A stretch of 64,000 bases of DNA from an uncultured Bdellovibrionales bacterium (GTDB lineage Bacteria; Patescibacteriota; Minisyncoccia; Moranbacterales; GWC2-37-73): NCBI GenBank assembly GCA_964609855.1, contig CAZSTB010000005.1, forward strand, positions 1,467 to 65,466, written 5' to 3'. Of this stretch, positions 38,249-46,854 are shown one piece after another (position 1 is the first letter of the stretch; each line of letters starts with the position of its first letter). Made by a program: the position numbers and the translations under genes. The notes beneath the pieces were generated by a model. The model was not told the DNA's origin, made no database searches, and saw only the letters and a program-made list of their open reading frames with translations.

Positions 38249-39307
38249 ATGGAAACAGCATCAAATAAGGAGCAACAAGTCACTGCAATTGAAGAGCTAT
38301 GCTTTTCTGATGCCCTGAAGCAACTTGTAAGTGACCTAACTTTACGGTCACAAGAGATCATCTTTACTCGTTATGGTGTTTTTAATTCTCACGCCATGAC
38401 CCTGGAAGAGATCGGTAAAAAATATAGCATCACGCGTGAACGCGTGAGGCAGGTTATTCGTGAAGTTTTGAAAAAAATCCGTGAAAAGAAACAAGATCCG
38501 ATTTTTCTGCAAACAGAAAAGCATATTGTCTTGGCCTTGGAAAAAAATAATGGTATAATGGAGGAAAGTCAGTTGCTTGCTTTTTTAGGGAAAAATGATA
38601 CTAGTCAAAAGGCGGCAGTGAGTTTTTTTCTGGAATGCATCGATTCGATTGAATCTAAGGAAATCAAGGGTGAACTCCTATTTTCTTATGCTAAACCTGA
38701 ATTTGATTTAGAAAACTGGCGCGCAATAAAAAATATTGCAATAGCATCTTTGAAAAACAAGAAAAAACCACTTTCCCTAGAGGAGTTATTTGATGCTATG
38801 AAAGCTGAAGTAAGATTTCCGAATTTTTCAAAAGAAATATTGGCTAGTTTCCTGGCTGTTTCTGAGGAGATTAGGCAAAATACTTTTGAAAAATATGGAA
38901 TCGCTAAATGGAAAGAGATTTCACCGAAAGGAACAAGAGAAAAGGCGTATCTCGTTTTAAAAGAAGCGGCAGAACCTTTGCATTTTAGGGATATCGCAAA
39001 AAAGATAGACAAGTATCATTTGAATAAGAAGAAAACACATCCGCAAACAGTTCATAATGAACTCATTAAAGATAAGAATTTCGTGTTGGTTGGAAGAGGG
39101 ATTTATGCGCTTGTTGAATGGGGTTACAAAAAAGGCACGGTTAAAGATGTTATTGAAGAGATTTTGAAAAAAGCACAAAAACCCCTAAGTAGGGAAGAAG
39201 TGTTAAATAAAGTATTGGAAATCAGACACGTGAAAAAATCCACAATCGTGATAAATTTGAACAACTATTTCTCTAAAAATAAAGGAGGGGTGTATTCAAT
39301 CAAATAA
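38249..39307 (+). CDS. Sigma70 region-4 HTH + HARE-HTH (RNAP delta-like) protein
   Basis: TLEEIGKKYSITRERVRQ; PLHF.DIA..I...HPQTVHNELI....FVLVGRG.YAL.EW. Confidence 0.8.
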   Translation: METASNKEQQVTAIEELCFSDALKQLVSDLTLRSQEIIFTRYGVFNSHAMTLEEIGKKYSITRERVRQVIREVLKKIREKKQDPIFLQTEKHIVLALEKNNGIMEESQLLAFLGKNDTSQKAAVSFFLECIDSIESKEIKGELLFSYAKPEFDLENWRAIKNIAIASLKNKKKPLSLEELFDAMKAEVRFPNFSKEILASFLAVSEEIRQNTFEKYGIAKWKEISPKGTREKAYLVLKEAAEPLHFRDIAKKIDKYHLNKKKTHPQTVHNELIKDKNFVLVGRGIYALVEWGYKKGTVKDVIEEILKKAQKPLSREEVLNKVLEIRHVKKSTIVINLNNYFSKNKGGVYSIK

Positions 39308-39348
39308 GCTGACTTTCGTAAATTCGAATCGGTTAAAATAAAACAAAC

Positions 39349-40626
39349 ATGGATATTCTTTCAAGTTCACTTCAGGAAATATTATCTTCATTAAAAGAGG
39401 TTGGTCAGGTAATGAGCTATACATGGTTCATTGTTTTGCCGCCTCTTTTTTATTTTCTGTTTATGGAGCTTTGGATAGCGCATATTAGTGGATCATATGC
39501 GGGAACTTTGGAATGGGTGCTTTTGGAAATTATCCCCCCAAAAAATATTGAAAAAAGTCCTAAACCTATGGAGGCCCTGTATAATGGTATGGCTGGAACG
39601 GAGGCGAGTTTGAATGTTTTAGACCAATTTGTTGCTGGAAAATTTCAAGATACTTACAGCTTGGAAATAGTAAGTGATGGTGGCGATGTGCATATGTACA
39701 TCAGAACGCAAAAGAAATATCGACATTTAGTTGAAGCGCATCTTTATTCTCAATATCCGGATATTGAAATTTTGGAAGTGCCTGATTATGTTGATGATAT
39801 TCCAAAAGTTGTGCCGAATGCCGAATGGGATCTTTGGGGAGCTGATTTGCAATCAGTAAAAAAAGAACCAGGTTATCCGATTAGAACATACAAAGCTTTT
39901 GAAGAAGATATCACTGGCAAAATGATCGACCCCTTGGCTGGGTTGGCAGAATCGATGGGGAAACTTCCACCGGGGCAAAAACTCTGGATGCAGATCATCA
40001 TTTCCGCACATCCACCGGTATGGAACAGTACGGTTGGCAAAAAACTTACGGATAAGTTGAAATTCAGAGAAGTAAAAAAAGATGATCCCTGGGAAAAATT
40101 CATTCAGGATCTTAAGGATGTTTTTGGAAACCTTTGGGCGGCAACGCAAGGACCCGTCGAATTTGAAAAAGCAAAAAAGAAAGAAGAGTCCCCATTGGAT
40201 ACCAGGCTTTCACCTGGAGAACGCGACGTGCTTAAGGCTGTCGAAGATAATCTGGGGAAAATTCAATTCTTAACGAAAATTAGATTCCTACTCGTCGGAA
40301 GAAAGGAAAATTTTGACAAATCTTTTGTATCTTCTTTCATGGGAGGTATAAAACAATTCGGGGATGACAATCTAAATTCGCTTAAGCCGGAAGATTCGTC
40401 AAAGACGTACGCGAATTTCATCATGAAAAAATCTCGCTTGAGATATCGTCAGAGAAAGATTCTTAGACGTTATCGCGGCCGAAGTAGAGATGGTGTGACC
40501 TTAACAATGAGTAGTGAGGAATTGGCAACGATTTTCCATTTGCCTGATATGAATGTTATGGCACCTTCGCTTTCTCGTGTGGAAGCAAAACGTGGCGGTG
40601 CGCCATCTAACCTGCCTATAGAATAA
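39349..40626 (+). CDS. Conserved membrane-anchored hypothetical protein preceding the VirD4-like ATPase
   Basis: N-terminal TM, LLEI.PP, EELATIFHLP, C-terminal PSNLP. Confidence 0.75.
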   Translation: MDILSSSLQEILSSLKEVGQVMSYTWFIVLPPLFYFLFMELWIAHISGSYAGTLEWVLLEIIPPKNIEKSPKPMEALYNGMAGTEASLNVLDQFVAGKFQDTYSLEIVSDGGDVHMYIRTQKKYRHLVEAHLYSQYPDIEILEVPDYVDDIPKVVPNAEWDLWGADLQSVKKEPGYPIRTYKAFEEDITGKMIDPLAGLAESMGKLPPGQKLWMQIIISAHPPVWNSTVGKKLTDKLKFREVKKDDPWEKFIQDLKDVFGNLWAATQGPVEFEKAKKKEESPLDTRLSPGERDVLKAVEDNLGKIQFLTKIRFLLVGRKENFDKSFVSSFMGGIKQFGDDNLNSLKPEDSSKTYANFIMKKSRLRYRQRKILRRYRGRSRDGVTLTMSSEELATIFHLPDMNVMAPSLSRVEAKRGGAPSNLPIE

Positions 40627-40630
40627 AATG

Positions 40631-40707
40631 CAGGAATTAGCTAGTAGGATTTAGCTTGTAGCAAACAGCTTTCCTGATTCCTAACTCCTAATTCCTAACT
40701 CCTGATT
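40631..40707. repeat. Inverted heptamer array (TAGGAAT / ATTCCTA), gene-less; same family as the arms around 55314-55676
   Basis: CAGGAATTAGCTAGTAGGATTTAG ... CCTGATTCCTAACTCCTAATTCCTAACTCCTG. Confidence 0.8.
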
Positions 40708-40734
40708 TTTAATATTTAATACTACAACGTTAGT

Positions 40735-42885
40735 ATGGCTAATAACGAAATCGCATTCTTTGCAAAAACAAATTTTAGAAATGAAGAAAGAGTTTTCGGA
40801 ATAAAAACTGACGACCGCACCCGGCACATGTACATCATTGGAAAGACCGGTATGGGTAAGACGAACTTGCTGGAAAATCTGGTAGTGCAAGATATTCGCA
40901 ATGGTCATGGAATTTGCTATATCGACCCGCACGGCGACACGGCTGAAAAACTTCTAAAAGCAGTACCGGCGAATCGTATCAATGATGTTATTTATTTGAA
41001 TCCGTCCGACCAAAATTTCCCTTTGGCATTTAATGTTATGGAATCTGTAGATCCTGATTATCGCCATTTGGTGGCGTCGGGCTTGATTGGCGTTTTCAAA
41101 AAAATCTGGGCCGATTCTTGGGGACCTCGCTTGGAATATATTTTACGTAATGCTATCTTAGCGCTTTTGGAATATCCTGGCAGTACTTTGCTTGGAGTTA
41201 CACGTATTTTGGTAGACAAGAAATATCGCGAGAAAGTCGTTGAAAAAGTTACCGATCCTGTAATCAGGCAATTTTGGGTTGATGAATTTCCAAAATGGAG
41301 CGACAAAGTTTTGCAGGAAGTGGTATCTCCGATTCAGAATAAGGTTGGACAATTCTTGTCCAGTTCTTTGATTAGAAACATTGTCGGTCAGACGCAATCT
41401 TCCTTTGATATTAGAAACGCGATGGATACTAGAAAGATTTTAATTCTAAATCTTTCAAAAGGAAGAATCGGTGAAGATAACAGTGCCTTGTTGGGCGCGA
41501 TGATGATCACTAAGATTCAGCTGGCCGCCATGGGACGTGTTGATATTCCTGAAGAAGATCGAAAGGATTTTTATCTGTATGTCGATGAGTTTCAAAACTT
41601 CGCGACGGAATCTTTTGCAAACATTTTGTCTGAAGCTCGAAAGTATCGTTTGAATCTTATTTTAGCGAATCAGTATATCACTCAGATCGACGAAAAAGTT
41701 CGCGACGCGATTTTTGGTAATGCCGGAACGATTATTTCATTTCGTGTGGGCGCTACGGATGCGGAATTTTTGGAAAAAGAATTCGCACCAGTTTTTGTGC
41801 AGAACGATATTGTGAACCTTCCGAAATATAATGTATATCTGAAACTCATGATTGATGGTATTGCGGGCGACGCTTTTTCGGCAAAAGTTTTGCCTCCGGT
41901 GTACATTGGCGACACCATTGATAATGAGGAAAAAATTATTGCGGCTTCACGTGAGCGTTATGCTTCAAGCAAGGAAGAAGTTGAAGACAAGATTTCTCGT
42001 TGGGCAGGTATTATGCCGGCACAAGGATTTCAGACTGTGAACAAGGGTCCGATGGCAGGAGCTACTACCTATCCGAATCCTGCAGCCCGAACGGCGCAAA
42101 ATTATACCCAAAGTCAGCAATTTCAGCCTGCACAAAGCGGTTCGCAAAATTCTGCAAATCAAGTGCAGAACAACTCTCCGCAACCTCAAGCTCCCAAATT
42201 CGAGCCTCAGCGACCCCAAGTGGCTCCACCTGAGCTGCCAAAGGAGACGCGGCTGCAATTTACAGCTCCTTTGCCACCTGTAGCCCCTCAGCAGCCCCAT
42301 AGCTCGATTGAACCTCAGAAAGTTATACAAGCGCAGCCCCAATTCCAGTCAGCTCCCGAATTCGACGATTTAGGAGAATATAATCAACCGGAACCTCCTA
42401 AGCCTGTCTTTGAAGCGGTTTGCGATATGTGCGGCGAAAACATTCAAGTTCCATTTCAGCCGGATGGAAAACGCCCAACTTTTTGCAAGGATTGTCTCAA
42501 GGATTATCAGCGAATGACGGCAAAGGAGAAATTAAACCAGGAAAGAAAGATGCAGCGCGAGCAGGAGGACTCTCGTCAGCAAGCTGTTCCTTTTCAGCCG
42601 CCAAGAATGTCACAGCCAACTCCGAGTTATCCGCCAACGCATGGGATGCAACAACCACAGTATGCCGCACCTTCAAGATCACAGCGAGAGCAACCTAGAA
42701 CATCTACCCCAACCGAAAGACGTGTTGAACCGAAATCTTACGCTCCGCAAGAAGCTCCAATGTCACTTTCTCAAATGTCTCACATTGCACCTAAGAAATT
42801 TAAGTCGCAACGTCAGCGTCCGAATGTGAATTTGGATGAAGTGAGAAATTTGATCAATCAAACGCGCAGTGGCGAAGAAAAATAA
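40735..42885 (+). CDS. VirD4/TraD/HerA-like P-loop ATPase with Pro/Gln-rich linker and CxxC-x17-CxxC domain
   Basis: RHMYIIGKTGMGKT, IDPHGD, YVDEFQNF, EARKYRL; CDMC-x17-CKDC. Confidence 0.88.
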   Translation: MANNEIAFFAKTNFRNEERVFGIKTDDRTRHMYIIGKTGMGKTNLLENLVVQDIRNGHGICYIDPHGDTAEKLLKAVPANRINDVIYLNPSDQNFPLAFNVMESVDPDYRHLVASGLIGVFKKIWADSWGPRLEYILRNAILALLEYPGSTLLGVTRILVDKKYREKVVEKVTDPVIRQFWVDEFPKWSDKVLQEVVSPIQNKVGQFLSSSLIRNIVGQTQSSFDIRNAMDTRKILILNLSKGRIGEDNSALLGAMMITKIQLAAMGRVDIPEEDRKDFYLYVDEFQNFATESFANILSEARKYRLNLILANQYITQIDEKVRDAIFGNAGTIISFRVGATDAEFLEKEFAPVFVQNDIVNLPKYNVYLKLMIDGIAGDAFSAKVLPPVYIGDTIDNEEKIIAASRERYASSKEEVEDKISRWAGIMPAQGFQTVNKGPMAGATTYPNPAARTAQNYTQSQQFQPAQSGSQNSANQVQNNSPQPQAPKFEPQRPQVAPPELPKETRLQFTAPLPPVAPQQPHSSIEPQKVIQAQPQFQSAPEFDDLGEYNQPEPPKPVFEAVCDMCGENIQVPFQPDGKRPTFCKDCLKDYQRMTAKEKLNQERKMQREQEDSRQQAVPFQPPRMSQPTPSYPPTHGMQQPQYAAPSRSQREQPRTSTPTERRVEPKSYAPQEAPMSLSQMSHIAPKKFKSQRQRPNVNLDEVRNLINQTRSGEEK

Positions 42886-42920
42886 TCTATCAGATAAACT
42901 CCTAGTAATGGGAGTTTATT

Positions 42921-43047
42921 ATCAAGCGAAGCGAGCGAAATGAAAAATTAATATTTTCCATTTCCGAGCAAGTGTAGATATCAAAAGGTATAATACCTCG
43001 CAGCTCTGCCCCAAAGGGTCCAGGGCTCTGCCCTGGGGTATGATACC
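42921..43047 (-). mobile_element. AATAAA-targeting element, copy 3 (reverse)
   Basis: Reverse complement GGTATCATACCCCAGGGCAGAGCCCTGGACCC...CGCTCGCTTCGCTTGAT; TTTATT on both sides. Confidence 0.8.
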
Positions 43048-43121
43048 TTTTATTTTTTTGAATAAATTTATGCTTAATGATATTATTAGGGAAAGGGATA
43101 ATTACTAGCTGGTTAACTAAT

Positions 43122-44312
43122 ATGAAAGGCGAACACCTAATTCGGATAAGTAATAATGGGGAAGAGGAAATTCAGGGAAAAAAGTATGAATCTGAAGCCG
43201 CTTTGGAAATCATGAAATTACCGGAGATTATCGTAGGGTATGAAAGAAGTGAGATTTTATTATCGATACTTTTTAAGGGATATGACAATGATTGGGGTGG
43301 TCATAAACATGAACTCGTTTCTGAAGTTGATGATTTCTTCGTTGAAAATCCGTTAGATAAAACAGGTATCGATTTTTTGCGTCAAATTGGAGCGCTGAAT
43401 GATGACGGCGTTGACGAAGAAGCCTTATATGAAATGGCTCTGACAATGGATCATCCGGAGCGTATCATTATGGTTAATGAGTTTATCTTAAAAAATAAAG
43501 ACTACATACAGAATCCGGAAAATGTAAGAGAAAAACTGATTGAAGAGCTACACAAATTAGATGCATCGCTTCCCTCATCCCTGAAAAGTCATTTTCGACA
43601 AGCAATATCCGAAGATATGCAGAAGCGGAACGATAAGATCAAGGAAACAGAAAGACAAATTTCTGAACTCATTGATTTTTTCAAACCTGATCCAGCGACG
43701 ACTAAAATTCAATTAATAAAAATTCTTCCTACAGATTTCCTATATCCGGAGCAATCCGGAACGGCTTTTGAATTTGGCAATATGACTATTTTGCGAACCC
43801 ATATCGATAACAATGAAAACCTGGAACATGAATTTTTGCATTGCATCATCAATCCTGTCGTTGAAAAATTAGCAGAAAAATTGAGTGATAAGCAAAAGAA
43901 CAAAATTAGTGAGATGGGGAGTTACAGACTCAAAATTGAGGAGGGATATGGCAATGGATATTTTAGTTTACTCTGCGAAGAATTCATACGGACTTATAAT
44001 GAAGTAATTCAGAAAAATCAGAAACCGCTTTCATATTTGAATTTTATGGAGAAAATAAATGAAATCAGTGATGAAAAATTTCAAGTTGCATTAAAATCAG
44101 ACGAAGCTTTAAAGAGGCGATGCGACCAATTGGATGTTTGTACATTAGATGATTTGAAAAATAACAGCAAGAAATATTATGATAGATTTGGTGACGGTGA
44201 ATTAAGGAGCGTCGTTTACGAATTTTATCAGGCTTATATCAAAGAAAAATCACAAAATGAGCGGATTTCTTTTGAGCGTTTTGCGCTGGATGAATTAGAA
44301 AATTTTATATAA
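43122..44312 (+). CDS. Hypothetical protein with an HExxH motif (possible zinc metallopeptidase)
   Basis: LEHEFLHCIINP and downstream CEEFIRT. Confidence 0.65.
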   Translation: MKGEHLIRISNNGEEEIQGKKYESEAALEIMKLPEIIVGYERSEILLSILFKGYDNDWGGHKHELVSEVDDFFVENPLDKTGIDFLRQIGALNDDGVDEEALYEMALTMDHPERIIMVNEFILKNKDYIQNPENVREKLIEELHKLDASLPSSLKSHFRQAISEDMQKRNDKIKETERQISELIDFFKPDPATTKIQLIKILPTDFLYPEQSGTAFEFGNMTILRTHIDNNENLEHEFLHCIINPVVEKLAEKLSDKQKNKISEMGSYRLKIEEGYGNGYFSLLCEEFIRTYNEVIQKNQKPLSYLNFMEKINEISDEKFQVALKSDEALKRRCDQLDVCTLDDLKNNSKKYYDRFGDGELRSVVYEFYQAYIKEKSQNERISFERFALDELENFI

Positions 44313-44340
44313 GGTTTTATTTTTATAACATAAAATTATT

Positions 44341-44997
44341 ATGAGACTATTACTTACATCTGCTGGGCTAACAAATAAGTCAATAATTAATGCGCTCTTG
44401 GAGCTGACGCAAAAACCTTTTTCTGAGCTTAATCTTGTTTTCATTCCAACTGCTGCCAACATTGAAGAGGGGGATAAGGGATGGCTGATTGATGACTTGG
44501 TCAATTGCAAAAACCAAGGATTCAAATCGGTTGATATCGTTGATATTTCAGCATTGCCCAAAAATGATTGGCTTCCAAGACTTGAGGAAGCAGACGTGAT
44601 TTATGTTGAAGGGGGCAACAATTTTTATTTGATGAGATGCTTTGAGAAATCCGGACTGAAAGAAATTTTGGTAGAGCTTTTGAGGACAAGAGTTTATGTC
44701 GGAGTAAGTGCTGGCAGCGTTGTCATGTGTCCAAGCGGAGATCTTTCCATGTCTGAGAGATTGTGGTCAGAAGAAGTCGGAGAACATGATAGTGATGAAG
44801 CTTTGGGGTATGTTGATTTTTTGCTCAGGCCTCATCTCAATTCTCCATATTTTCCAAAGCTTAATTTGGAAAACCTTGAGGAAATTGCAAAAGAATTTCC
44901 TGATACTTTTTATGCGATTGATGATCAAACAGCAATCAAAATCGTGGATGGGAAAGTCGATATCGTTTCCGAAGGTGTTTGGAAGAAATTCAATTAG
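44341..44997 (+). CDS. Peptidase S51 (peptidase E-like)
   Basis: LLLTSAG, FIPTAA, GGNNFYL, GVSAGS, PH. Confidence 0.9.
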   Translation: MRLLLTSAGLTNKSIINALLELTQKPFSELNLVFIPTAANIEEGDKGWLIDDLVNCKNQGFKSVDIVDISALPKNDWLPRLEEADVIYVEGGNNFYLMRCFEKSGLKEILVELLRTRVYVGVSAGSVVMCPSGDLSMSERLWSEEVGEHDSDEALGYVDFLLRPHLNSPYFPKLNLENLEEIAKEFPDTFYAIDDQTAIKIVDGKVDIVSEGVWKKFN

Positions 44998-45095
44998 CAA
45001 TATGATGCAAGATTAACGCGGTCTTCGGAAAGTGTCATCGTTGTTTAGGATATAGCGTTTACAGAAAAGGTAAATACTGTTAGAATGGGGTACAT

Positions 45096-46265
45096 ATGAA
45101 CAAAAAATCGCCAAAAAAACGAGTGATTGTGGGGATGAGCGCGGGAGTTGATTCTTCCGTGGCGGCCGCACTTCTGAAAGAGCAGGGCTATGACGTCGTG
45201 GGAGTTTTTTTGCATTTCTGGAAAGAACCTGGCCAGGATGCTCTCAGGGAAAATAAGTGTTGCTCGGTGGAATCACAGCAAGATGCTCGTAAAGTTGCTC
45301 AGCTTTTGGATATCCCACTTTATACTGTGAATGCAGCGGCGGAATTTAAAAAAGAAGTTGTGGATTATTTTTTGGAAGAAACTAAAGCTGGAAGAACTCC
45401 AAATCCATGCGTAGTTTGCAACGAAAGAATAAAATTCAATTTTCTCTTTAAGAAAATGTTGGAGATGGGTGCTGATTTTGTGGCAACCGGTCATTATGCG
45501 GAGCTTAAAAATATTGATGGAAAATTTCATCTCTATACATCAACTGATGAGGAAAAAGACCAGACTTATTTTTTGTATTCAGTTTCGCAGAAACAACTTT
45601 CCAGAATTTTGTTTCCAGTTGGAGGATATAAAAAACCCGAAATTAGAAAAATTGCTGAAAAAATCAATTTGCCGGTTTTTGATAAGGAGGATTCCCAAGG
45701 ATTATGTTTTACGCCGGAAAAAACTCCAACCAAATTCATTAAACGAAATTTGTCTTTATCGGCAGGTGACATTGTGACGACTGAAGGCCCGCCTCGCGTC
45801 GACGAACAAGGCGTCTTGCGAGTCGAGGCGGGAAAAAAGATTGGAACACATGAAGGACTGGAGCTTTATACGCTTGGACAAAGAAAGGGAATCAATATTG
45901 GAGGCAACGGTCCCTATTTCGTTGTTGAGCGGGATTTTAAAAACAATATCCTGATCGTTACAAATGACGAACAAGATGAAAAAATTTACAAAAAAAGTAT
46001 GCTGGTTGAGGTGAAAAGTTGGATTGCGGAAAAGCCGTCATTGCCCTTGGAAGTTAATGTGAAAATCAGATACAGACACCCGTTGGTTAGGTGTATAATT
46101 AAAAGCGTTTCCACATCTGATCAGAAAAATATAAGGATAGCTAGAGATGCCGAACTGTATGAGGTGGAATTTTTAGAAAAACAAAAGGCCGTCACACCGG
46201 GACAATCAGCAGTTTTTTATGCGGATGATAATGAAGTTTTAGGGGGAGGAACGATTCTTGGATAA
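45096..46265 (+). CDS. mnmA: tRNA-specific 2-thiouridylase, with a 15-aa in-frame palindromic insertion
   Basis: MSAGVDSS, TPNPCV.CN, ATGHYA, KDQTYFL, DSQGLCF, YTLGQRKG, TPGQ. Confidence 0.96.
   Translation: MNKKSPKKRVIVGMSAGVDSSVAAALLKEQGYDVVGVFLHFWKEPGQDALRENKCCSVESQQDARKVAQLLDIPLYTVNAAAEFKKEVVDYFLEETKAGRTPNPCVVCNERIKFNFLFKKMLEMGADFVATGHYAELKNIDGKFHLYTSTDEEKDQTYFLYSVSQKQLSRILFPVGGYKKPEIRKIAEKINLPVFDKEDSQGLCFTPEKTPTKFIKRNLSLSAGDIVTTEGPPRVDEQGVLRVEAGKKIGTHEGLELYTLGQRKGINIGGNGPYFVVERDFKNNILIVTNDEQDEKIYKKSMLVEVKSWIAEKPSLPLEVNVKIRYRHPLVRCIIKSVSTSDQKNIRIARDAELYEVEFLEKQKAVTPGQSAVFYADDNEVLGGGTILG
45788..45832 (+). repeat. 45-bp GC-rich palindromic insertion in mnmA
   Basis: CCCGCCTCG...CGAGGCGGG; deletion restores TTEGKKIGTH. 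Confidence 0.8.
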
Positions 46266-46325
46266 AATTTCAAATTTCAAATTTAAAATTAAAAATTTAT
46301 TGAGTCGCTTTGCGACGAAACTTAT

Positions 46326-46586
46326 ATGCAATTATCACCTGAACTCTTGTCACAGAGAAAAAAGATGCAGATGGAAATCATGCTGAAGGATTCCGATATT
46401 AAAAAGCTTATGCGCTCTAAAATGCAGGTTGAAATTATCATTCGCGAATTGAAACATAAGCAGGCGCAGATTCAAGTAGATTTGATTAATAAGGAAAAAG
46501 AATTGAAAAAGATGGAGGGCGCGAATATACAATTTCAAAATGAGCTGATTAAACTCAAGCATCAAATGAATAATCTAGGAAGGTAA
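46326..46586 (+). CDS. Small coiled-coil hypothetical protein
   Basis: 86-aa ORF with heptad pattern. Confidence 0.7.
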   Translation: MQLSPELLSQRKKMQMEIMLKDSDIKKLMRSKMQVEIIIRELKHKQAQIQVDLINKEKELKKMEGANIQFQNELIKLKHQMNNLGR

Positions 46587-46621
46587 TTCAAGCACCGTTA
46601 TTTAAATTAAATGCAAATTAT

Positions 46622-46849
46622 ATGATTTATTTAAGAGACTTCGTTTTAAAACTCGCTAAAGAAAAGGAAATTAAATTACACGAGCATACGAAATTGGCGA
46701 TTAGAGAAATTGAAAGAAAAATGGAAAAGAATGATAGCATTGAAGTGCGAGATATTATGAGCGATTTGAAAGATGAGACGGATTTGAAAAAAGGTTTTAG
46801 CTCGAGTGAGTGGGGTGCAATTGAAAAAGAAGTTAAGAAAATGATCTAA
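46622..46849 (+). CDS. Small hypothetical protein
   Basis: 75-aa ORF immediately upstream of alaS. Confidence 0.65.
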   Translation: MIYLRDFVLKLAKEKEIKLHEHTKLAIREIERKMEKNDSIEVRDIMSDLKDETDLKKGFSSSEWGAIEKEVKKMI

Positions 46850-46854
46850 AAAAT

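Noticed and set aside
40735-42885. Conjugative element because of the VirD4/TraD-like ATPase
   Set aside because: No relaxase, VirB genes or att boundaries; the gene is embedded in housekeeping context
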